DNA of 64,000 nucleotides from Peptococcaceae bacterium. Its GTDB lineage: Bacteria > Bacillota > Desulfotomaculia > Desulfotomaculales > JACDOK01. Below, in pieces: positions 56,934-64,000 of this stretch. The notes under the pieces are model-generated. The model saw only the letters and a program-made list of their open reading frames with translations, was not told the DNA's origin and searched no databases. The position numbers and the translations under genes were made by a program. The stretch lies in assembly GCA_017656185.1 (NCBI GenBank), contig JACDOK010000001.1, positions 64,205 through 128,204 on the forward strand, in the 5' to 3' direction. How positions within the stretch are numbered: the first letter of the stretch is position 1; each line of letters opens with the position of its first letter.

Positions 56934-58751
56934 CTACTCAGCCTCACCCACGTGTTTGGTGTCGAACAGCTTGTCATCGAGATATACTTCGATGGTGGCG
57001 CGGCCATAAAACTGCACCGGTCTTACTACTCTCTGGCCCGTGTCGTAAGTACCGGAATACGCCTCTCTTCTTCCCCGGGAGTCATTGACAATTATAGAAA
57101 GGGTATGAGACTGTCCATCGTTGGGTATGTGGACATAAATGTTAGCAAAAGAAGCGTCGGGGCCGGGTCCCGCACTTAATGTCAAATGCACCTTTTCCCC
57201 TTCAGTCACCGGTACTCCGGGCAGAGGGTCCTGGGCCACCACCCTACCGGCAGGCCACTCTTCACTGCGTACACGGGGCATATCTTCTTCAAGTTGCAGT
57301 CCTGCCAGGGCGATTTCATTGCGAGCATCGGTCAGGGTAAGACCAATCAGATTGGGCATTGCATTCCAAGCAGGTGTGGCTCCTTGGCTGACATACAATG
57401 TAACCCGGGTATCTCTGGGGTGCCTGGTGTCCGGCTCGGGTTCCTGCCGCACCACCAAGCCCTCAGCTACCAGCTCACTGTAGACGTTTTTAACTTCCCC
57501 AACTTCAAAACCAGCGCGTTTAAGTATCGCCTCGGCGTCGGTAACAGGCTGGTTGGTAACATCGGGGACACGCAGCATCTCCGGCCCCTTGCTTACCGTC
57601 AAGAAGATGGTACGGCCCCGCTTGACAGTGCTCTCCGGCGGTATATCTTGATGAATCACGTGACCACGCTCTACGTCATTACTGTACTCTTCAGATACCG
57701 AAACACGTAAACCCCTGGCTTCCAACTTTTCACGGGCTTCCGCCAAAAGCATACCCTCCACATTGGGAACCGTTACGTCCGGCACGTTAACATAGTTTTG
57801 GAAGCCCAGAATACCTCCAATCATCAACCCGACCAGGGCTAGAATAACCCCAACAGCCAGTGTCGGCGTCAGCCACGGTTTGCGAGGTTTCACCGGTTTA
57901 AACACCTTCGTCTGAGATTCTTCCGCTTCAGGATCCTCGGGCAGCGCCAGTTCCAGGTCCAGCGCCATATCCCGTGCCGATGCATAACGCTCGTCCGGAT
58001 CTTTGCTCATAGCCTTTAACACTACTTTTTCCAAATCCTCCGAAATCGACGCATTGAATTCGGTAGGCGGCGGAGGTGAGTCCTGAATGTGTTTCAAAGC
58101 TACCGTTACGGGGTTGGCACCGGTGAACGGCACACGACCGGTAAGCATTTCATAAAGAACGACACCCAGGGAATAAAGATCGGATTTCGCGTCTGCAGTC
58201 TCACCCCGGGCCTGTTCCGGTGAGATGTAATGCACGGACCCCACCAGGGCGGACGTTTTCGCCAGGGTTGTTCCCGAGGTCTCACGAGCAATGCCAAAAT
58301 CGGCCAGTTTGGCCTGCCCGTCTTTGGTTATCAGGATATTGTGCGGTTTTACGTCACGGTGCACAATATTGTTACTGTGAGCATGTTCAAGAGCTTTGCA
58401 CACCTGACCGGCAATCTCCGCTGCCCGCGCCGGAGCAAATTTACCTTCTCTCCTGATGAGTGTTTTCAAGTCTTCCCCATCAACAAACTCCATTACCAGG
58501 TAATGTATGTCCTCTTCACTGCCCACGTCATAGACATTGACGATATTGGGATGGGAGAGACTGGCTACTGACTGCGCCTCGCGGTGAAAACGGCTTACAA
58601 ACTCTTCATCGGCGCTGAATTCAGACCGCAGTACTTTTACGGTTACCCAGCGCCGCAAAAGAGTGTCGCGGGCCTTATAAACGACAGCCATTCCCCCGCC
58701 ACCGAGTTTCTGAACTATTTCGTACCGTTTGCCAAGTATTTTGCCAATCAT
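56934..58751 (-). CDS. prkC: Ser/Thr protein kinase with PASTA repeats
   Basis: Kinase motifs GGGGMAVVYKA, HRDVKPHN, DFG. One TM segment and three PASTA-like repeats. Confidence 0.9.
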   Translation of the reverse strand: MIGKILGKRYEIVQKLGGGGMAVVYKARDTLLRRWVTVKVLRSEFSADEEFVSRFHREAQSVASLSHPNIVNVYDVGSEEDIHYLVMEFVDGEDLKTLIRREGKFAPARAAEIAGQVCKALEHAHSNNIVHRDVKPHNILITKDGQAKLADFGIARETSGTTLAKTSALVGSVHYISPEQARGETADAKSDLYSLGVVLYEMLTGRVPFTGANPVTVALKHIQDSPPPPTEFNASISEDLEKVVLKAMSKDPDERYASARDMALDLELALPEDPEAEESQTKVFKPVKPRKPWLTPTLAVGVILALVGLMIGGILGFQNYVNVPDVTVPNVEGMLLAEAREKLEARGLRVSVSEEYSNDVERGHVIHQDIPPESTVKRGRTIFLTVSKGPEMLRVPDVTNQPVTDAEAILKRAGFEVGEVKNVYSELVAEGLVVRQEPEPDTRHPRDTRVTLYVSQGATPAWNAMPNLIGLTLTDARNEIALAGLQLEEDMPRVRSEEWPAGRVVAQDPLPGVPVTEGEKVHLTLSAGPGPDASFANIYVHIPNDGQSHTLSIIVNDSRGRREAYSGTYDTGQRVVRPVQFYGRATIEVYLDDKLFDTKHVGEAE

Positions 58752-59476
58752 AACTCTTCAACCACCACAACAATAATAGTAATGTTGTCGATGCCTCCAC
58801 GTTCCAGCGCGGTCTCTACCAAGCCTTTAACGACAGGGTCGGGCAGTGCATAACGACAGGTAATATCACAAATTTCGCGGTCTGATACCAGGTTTGTCAA
58901 ACCATCGGTACATAAGATAATCCGGTCGCTATTCCGTAAAGGATACCTTACCGTATCCACTTTCAACAGTTCTTGCGTTCCCAACGCGCGGCTGAGTATG
59001 TTGCGGTAGGGATGGTGTTGGGCCTCTTCGTTATCGATTTTTCCTTCCCTGACAAGCTGCTGCACCAGGGAATGGTCTTCGGTCAGTTGGAAAATACGCC
59101 CGTCACGGACCAGGTATATTCTGCTGTCGCCCACGTGTGCCGTCAGCAGCTCTCTGTCCCTCACTACAGCGGCAGCCAGGGTGGTACCCATTCCCTCATA
59201 ATCTTTATTACGGCGGGAAGCGACAAAAACCTCGTTATTAGCAGCCATAACCCCGGCCACCAATGCCGCTTCTGCTTCATCACCTTGCATTAAACGGCCT
59301 TCCACTTCGCGGGAAAAGACTTCAAGGGCCATTTTACTGGCCACTTCACCGGCCACATGCCCTCCCATACCGTCGGCGACCGCAAATAGACCCAAATCAC
59401 CGTCGATATAGCAACTATCCTCGTTCTTGGGACGTACCAGCCCGGCTTCACTTGCATAAGCCCACCGCAACACCAT
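58748..59476 (-). CDS. prpC: PP2C-family Ser/Thr phosphatase
   Basis: The ATG at 59476 overlaps the rlmN TGA by 1 nt. Motifs NEDS, ADGMGGH, DGLT, DNITI. Confidence 0.85.
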   Translation of the reverse strand: MVLRWAYASEAGLVRPKNEDSCYIDGDLGLFAVADGMGGHVAGEVASKMALEVFSREVEGRLMQGDEAEAALVAGVMAANNEVFVASRRNKDYEGMGTTLAAAVVRDRELLTAHVGDSRIYLVRDGRIFQLTEDHSLVQQLVREGKIDNEEAQHHPYRNILSRALGTQELLKVDTVRYPLRNSDRIILCTDGLTNLVSDREICDITCRYALPDPVVKGLVETALERGGIDNITIIVVVVEEL

Positions 59477-60540
59477 CACTCTTTGTCTCCCTTCCGGTTC
59501 TTCCACCGTAATTGGCCGCAAGCGGCGTTAATGTCGGCCCCCATTTCTTTACGGATTGTTACAGGAATCCCGTGTTGCATCAGAATATTTTTGAAATATT
59601 GAATACGCTTACGCGAAGGCGGGTAAAAACCGCGCTCCGGCACAACGTTAACGGGAATAAGATTAACGTGACACAACCAGCCGCTGGACAGCTCGGCTAA
59701 TTGATGTGCCAGCTCAGGCCTGTCGTTGTATCCTCTCAGTAAGGCGTACTCCAGGCTTACCCGCCGCCCGGTCGCGGCGGCGTAATCACGGCAGGCCGGT
59801 ATCAATTCGCCTAACGGATAACGCCGGTTAACCGGGACCAGCCGGTTCCGCAATTCATCATTGGGAGCATGCAGCGATACCGCCAAGGTCAAACCCCGTC
59901 GTTCACCCGCGAGCCTGCGGATGGCCGGGACCAGCCCGCACGTAGAAAGCGTAATACGGCGGGGGCTGATCAGTAACCCGTAAGGTGCCGAAATGTTATC
60001 AATAAAACGCATGGTATGCTCATAATTATCAAGCGGTTCTCCGGTACCCATAACAACAATATGACTGATGCGACACCCTTCATCTTTTTGGATAGTTAAT
60101 ACCTGGTCATAAATTTCGCCCGCGGTAAGATTGCGTTCCCACCCGCCTAAAGCCGAAGCACAAAAAAGACAGCCCATCCGGCAGCCGACCTGGGTGGAAA
60201 CGCAGGCCGTCCGCCCGTAATTGTGCTTCATTAATACACCTTCGACCGCACCGCCGTCTGCCAGCCCGAAAAGATACTTAACAGTGTCGCCGGAATCGGA
60301 AACGAGCTTTTTCAACACGACCAGCCGTGTTATCTCGGCCTCATGCTGCAGCTGCGACCTGAAGTCTGCCGGCAGGTTCGTCATATCATCAAAATCGGTA
60401 ACACCTTTTTTAAATATCCATTCGGCCAGCTGGCGCCCCCGGTATCTAGGCTGTCCCCAGGCCACCACCTGTTTCTCCAAAGCAGCCAAATCAAGATCTT
60501 TCAAAGCCAGTTTGGACATGCCCCCAAAACCCCATTTCAC
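59476..60540 (-). CDS. rlmN: 23S rRNA/tRNA (adenine-C2)-methyltransferase RlmN (radical SAM)
   Basis: CVSTQVGCRMGCLFC radical-SAM cluster and a C-terminal GADINAACGQL. The start is GTG 60540 or ATG 60519. Confidence 0.9.
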   Translation of the reverse strand: MKWGFGGMSKLALKDLDLAALEKQVVAWGQPRYRGRQLAEWIFKKGVTDFDDMTNLPADFRSQLQHEAEITRLVVLKKLVSDSGDTVKYLFGLADGGAVEGVLMKHNYGRTACVSTQVGCRMGCLFCASALGGWERNLTAGEIYDQVLTIQKDEGCRISHIVVMGTGEPLDNYEHTMRFIDNISAPYGLLISPRRITLSTCGLVPAIRRLAGERRGLTLAVSLHAPNDELRNRLVPVNRRYPLGELIPACRDYAAATGRRVSLEYALLRGYNDRPELAHQLAELSSGWLCHVNLIPVNVVPERGFYPPSRKRIQYFKNILMQHGIPVTIRKEMGADINAACGQLRWKNRKGDKE

Positions 60541-61901
60541 TTCCGCCGGAGCCGGGCGATGAAAAAGCCGTCCGTCCCGTGCCGGTGCGGCAGCATTTGG
60601 ATATAGCCGCGGGCCAACTCCCGTGGTTCCGCCAAACCTGCCGGTAGAAACGGCCCCAGGTCTTCCAGGGCAAAATCACTGTGGGCAGCCAAAAAGTGTT
60701 CGACTTGCTGTTGGTTCTCTTCGCGCGTGATGGTACATGTACTGTATATTAACACGCCGCCCGGCCGCACACATTTTGCCGCTGCATTTAAAATTTCCTC
60801 CTGCAATCTAACCAGGCCGGGTATCTGACCCGGTTCCTTCCGCCACCGGGCATCGGGACGCCGCCGCAGCACCCCCAACCCGGAACAGGGGGCGTCCACG
60901 AGCACGCAATCCGCCCACTCGGTAAAACGCCCCGGCAAATCACGCGCATCACGCAGGGAAAGATCAACACTCCTAATTCCCAGACGCCGGCAGTTTTCCA
61001 AAACCAGGGCCAGTTTATGGGGATGAACGTCCAGGGCCACGATTTCTCCCTGGTCCGCCATTAACTGGGCCAGGTGGGTGGTTTTACCACCGGGAGCACT
61101 GCAGGTATCAAGGACTCGATCACCAGGTTGCGGTGCTGCCGCGTGTGCTACCAGCATCGAGCTTTCGTCCTGGTTCATAAAGAGGCCCTCTTGAAAGGAA
61201 GGCAGGTCCTGTAGCGAAAAAAATCCCTTTATCTCCAAACCTTCAGGTGCATATGTGGACTTCTTGACCTGCACACCCTCCTGTTCCAAGCGTTCTGCCA
61301 GAGCATTCCTGGTGATACGTAAAGTATTGGTGCGAATGGTATTGGGCGGAGAGATATTATTAGCCCGGCAAAGCGCTATCGTCTCATCTCGCCCGAATTC
61401 ATCCAACCACCGTTTGACCAGCCAGGTGGGGTGCGAGTATTTTAAGGCAATATGTGATACCAGGTCACTATCAATATCAGGAAAAATAATTTTGTCCTTC
61501 TGCCGGACCACATTACGCAGAACACCGTTGACAAATTTGGCCACTCCCGGCGATCCAAACTTCTTGGCCAATTCTACGGCTTCATTGCAGGCCGCGGCGG
61601 GCGGTACTTTATCCATATAAAAAATCTGGTAAACGCCCGTGCGCAGGATGTTTCTGATCCAGACACTTTGGGCTGCCAAGGGTTTCTGCAGAAACCGGGC
61701 AATAATCCAATCCAGCGTGTTCAAGCTGCGCAGCGAACCATATGCCAGCTCGGTAGCAAAAGCCCGGTCCAACTTTGATGGCTGGTGCTGCTTAAGAACC
61801 CGGTTCAATGCCAGGTTTGCGTACGCGCCGTCAGCTTCAACGGCTTTGAGTACCTGAAGGGCCATTTCTCTTGCCGTGATATTTTCCAATGTGCTTTTCA
61901 C
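60537..61901 (-). CDS. rsmB: 16S rRNA (cytosine967-C5)-methyltransferase RsmB
   Basis: NusB-like N-terminus plus the methyltransferase core (DTCSAPGGKT, DAPCSG, YSTCT). The start is uncertain: GTG 61901 or ATG 61865. The ORF-track start at 61985 overlaps fmt. Confidence 0.85.
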   Translation of the reverse strand: MKSTLENITAREMALQVLKAVEADGAYANLALNRVLKQHQPSKLDRAFATELAYGSLRSLNTLDWIIARFLQKPLAAQSVWIRNILRTGVYQIFYMDKVPPAAACNEAVELAKKFGSPGVAKFVNGVLRNVVRQKDKIIFPDIDSDLVSHIALKYSHPTWLVKRWLDEFGRDETIALCRANNISPPNTIRTNTLRITRNALAERLEQEGVQVKKSTYAPEGLEIKGFFSLQDLPSFQEGLFMNQDESSMLVAHAAAPQPGDRVLDTCSAPGGKTTHLAQLMADQGEIVALDVHPHKLALVLENCRRLGIRSVDLSLRDARDLPGRFTEWADCVLVDAPCSGLGVLRRRPDARWRKEPGQIPGLVRLQEEILNAAAKCVRPGGVLIYSTCTITREENQQQVEHFLAAHSDFALEDLGPFLPAGLAEPRELARGYIQMLPHRHGTDGFFIARLRRK

Positions 61902-61926
61902 TCCCAATAATGTGCGAACGTGTTTC

Positions 61927-62862
61927 TCACGCGCCAAGTACTGTACCGGGCTTGATACAATGCCCGCAGAGAAAGGCGGTCGCATCCAGGGGTCGTCCTC
62001 CCGCCGGTTGGACTTCCAGCAAACGTACGGCCCCGGATCCGGCCTGGACCATTATACCCTCTTTAGGACCGGCACAGATAACTGTCCCGGGACGGCCTGA
62101 AAATCGCCCCTTTACCTCTTCCACACGCCATATTTTTAACACACGCCCTTCCCACGTGGTGCGGGCACCCGGCCACGGGTTCATACCCCTCACGTGATTT
62201 TTGATTTCGACCGCCGTACGGTTCCAATCTATGATTTCGTCTTCCTTCTTTAACATCGGAGCATAGGTTGCCAGCCGGTCATCCTGCGGAATCCTCGGAG
62301 CCGTACCCTCTGTAATTTTCTGCAAAGTTTGGACCAGTAACTTGCCCCCCATTTCCGCCAGGCGGTCGTGTACCTGTCCCACTGTTTCTTCTTCACCTAT
62401 GGGGCAGGAGGCCTGCAGGATCATATCCCCGCTGTCCAATCCCCCGTCGATGTACATCGTAGTTACCCCGGTTTCTTTCTCCCCGCGCATAACCGCCCAG
62501 TGAATGGGTGCCGCGCCGCGGTACTTAGGCAGCAAGGAGGCATGCACGTTAACGCACCCTAAGGGCGGAAGGGACAAAATTTCACGGGGAAGGATCCGGC
62601 CGAAGGCTACCACTACGATAATATCCGGCGCCAGCCTGCGGAGTTCCCCAATAAATGCGGTATCCTTAATGATATCCGGCTGCAGTACTTCCAATCCATT
62701 TTCCAAAGCAAACGACTTGACGGGCGGGGGCGCCGGTTTCTTCCCCCGCCCGCGAGGACGGTCAGGCTGCGTAACCACCTTAAGGACAGGATAACCGGCG
62801 GCAAGCAACGACCGCAGTGAAACTACCGCATACTCGGGCGTCCCCATGAACACCAGCCGCAT
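61927..62862 (-). CDS. fmt: Methionyl-tRNA formyltransferase
   Basis: MRLVFMGTPEYAV...NVHASLLPKYRGAAPI motifs. Confidence 0.9.
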   Translation of the reverse strand: MRLVFMGTPEYAVVSLRSLLAAGYPVLKVVTQPDRPRGRGKKPAPPPVKSFALENGLEVLQPDIIKDTAFIGELRRLAPDIIVVVAFGRILPREILSLPPLGCVNVHASLLPKYRGAAPIHWAVMRGEKETGVTTMYIDGGLDSGDMILQASCPIGEEETVGQVHDRLAEMGGKLLVQTLQKITEGTAPRIPQDDRLATYAPMLKKEDEIIDWNRTAVEIKNHVRGMNPWPGARTTWEGRVLKIWRVEEVKGRFSGRPGTVICAGPKEGIMVQAGSGAVRLLEVQPAGGRPLDATAFLCGHCIKPGTVLGA

Positions 62863-62870
62863 ATCGACAC

Positions 62871-63329
62871 CTAACCTTTGTCTTCGTAAATATGGACGGC
62901 ACGATCAATAAACAGGATACCGTCCAAGTGGTCAATTTCATGCTGCAGAGCGCGGGCCAGGAAGCCTTCGGCGGAAATCACGACTTCTTTGCCGTTTCGG
63001 CTCAGGCCCTTTACCCGGACCCGCTGGGCGCGGTCAACTTCGCCCCAGTAACCGGGAATACTCAGACATCCCTCTTTGCCGCGCTCGCTGCCTTCTGTCT
63101 CAACTATTTCCGGATTGACAAGAGCTACCAGCCCTTCTCCGACATCAACGACAATTACCCGCTTGCTGACACCAATCTGGGGCGCGGCCAAACCTACCCC
63201 GTTATACGAGTACATGGTATCCGCCATATTATCGATCAGTTTCTCAATATGGGGTGTAATTTTTTTGACCCGTTCAGCCTTCTCCCGCAATACCGGATCA
63301 GGATGACAGACAATTTTAAAGACAGCCAA
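62871..63329 (-). CDS. def: Peptide deformylase
   Basis: [21 protein letters not shown] motifs. Confidence 0.92.
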   Translation of the reverse strand: MAVFKIVCHPDPVLREKAERVKKITPHIEKLIDNMADTMYSYNGVGLAAPQIGVSKRVIVVDVGEGLVALVNPEIVETEGSERGKEGCLSIPGYWGEVDRAQRVRVKGLSRNGKEVVISAEGFLARALQHEIDHLDGILFIDRAVHIYEDKG

Positions 63330-63354
63330 AAAACATCCTCCCTATCTCGTCTTA

Positions 63355-64000
63355 CTACATTATAATTTCGGGATCCACGTCAACCGTAACAATAATGTTC
63401 TTTTGCCCGGGCAGGCTGTTAAAACCCTCGAGCGTTTCCCTCAATATCCGGCGCAGGCGACCATTTTGCCGGGCCTTTAGCACTATATGCCACCGGTAGT
63501 AATCCTTGATCTTGGGTACGGGCGCAGGCGCCGGACCCAGGATATCAATCTCATCCCCGGCCTTACACACCAGGTCGCCGCGCAGGCGTTCCGCGGCATT
63601 CCGCACCGCATTTTCCGTGCGTCCTCTCACAAGCACCCGTGCAATAAAAACGAACGGCGGGTATTTCATCTGCCGCCGTAAAGCCATTTCCTTGATAAAA
63701 AACTGCTCGTAGTCCTGATTTTTGGCGGCTTCGATACTGTAATGATCGGGGCAAAAGGTCTGTACAATTACTTCCCCTCTTTCAGTACCTCTACCGGCCC
63801 GGCCCGCGACTTGTACAATTAACTGAAAAGTCCGTTCCGCAGCACGAAAGTCCGGCAGCATCAAGGTTGTGTCTGCGTTAATAATACCAACAAGGGTCAC
63901 CGCGGGCAAGTCAAGTCCCTTGGCAATCATTTGCGTGCCGATTAAAATATCGGCCTTGCGGTCACGAAAAGCCTGGAGTATGCGCTCGTGTGACCTGCGT
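63355..64000 (-). CDS. priA: Primosomal protein N' (PriA), C-terminal part; the gene continues beyond the window
   Basis: Helicase C-terminal motifs GLDLPAVTLVGIINAD...QVAGRAGRG. The reading frame stays open to position 64000. Confidence 0.85.
   Translation of the reverse strand, partial: RRSHERILQAFRDRKADILIGTQMIAKGLDLPAVTLVGIINADTTLMLPDFRAAERTFQLIVQVAGRAGRGTERGEVIVQTFCPDHYSIEAAKNQDYEQFFIKEMALRRQMKYPPFVFIARVLVRGRTENAVRNAAERLRGDLVCKAGDEIDILGPAPAPVPKIKDYYRWHIVLKARQNGRLRRILRETLEGFNSLPGQKNIIVTVDVDPEIIM

Overview
This 64-kb window looks like an anaerobic, probably thermophilic Firmicute (Peptococcaceae-like). That placement is inferred from gene content, not from a search. Most genes are on the minus strand.

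Left to right, the window contains:
- an opuA-type glycine-betaine ABC transporter behind a clear c-di-AMP (ydaO-type) riboswitch
- an accessory stretch: GyrI-like protein, DUF2600/YtpB-like protein, ECF sigma/anti-sigma pair, MgtC, DUF169, membrane polyferredoxin
- a di-myo-inositol-phosphate (DIP) compatible-solute operon (inositol-3-phosphate synthase plus fused IPCT/DIPPS), preceded by a promoter and a terminator/antiterminator leader
- a CRISPR array of 11 x 37-bp repeats and a complete cas locus
- khtT/khtU-like K+/H+ antiporter genes
- a GMC oxidoreductase and a thioesterase
- a DnaQ-like exonuclease, a cNMP/CBS/DUF294 protein, an SSF symporter and acs
- trxB, then two tandem phenylacetate-CoA ligase paralogs plus an ACT protein
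- fdhE and a selenocysteine formate dehydrogenase operon, followed by a partly decayed duplicate of that operon
- rex, then the conserved block rpe-rsgA-prkC-prpC-rlmN-rsmB-fmt-def-priA (priA is cut by the window end)

The main item of interest is the cas locus.
- The interference operon is cas6, an HD-fused large subunit, a cas7-like gene, a cas5-like gene and an HD-less cas3 helicase. This is type I-D-like or a hybrid.
- It is joined to a cas1-cas2-cas4-csa1 adaptation module.
- Degenerate CRISPR-repeat-like sequences in inverted orientation bracket the interference operon. One of them overlaps the cas6 ribosome-binding site.

Other points worth a second look:
- a tandem CAGTAAN heptamer motif at the 3' ends of two unrelated genes
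- the uncharacterised leader of the DIP operon
- mosaic near-identity between the two fdh copies

All homology calls rest on motif recognition by eye. No database search was run.
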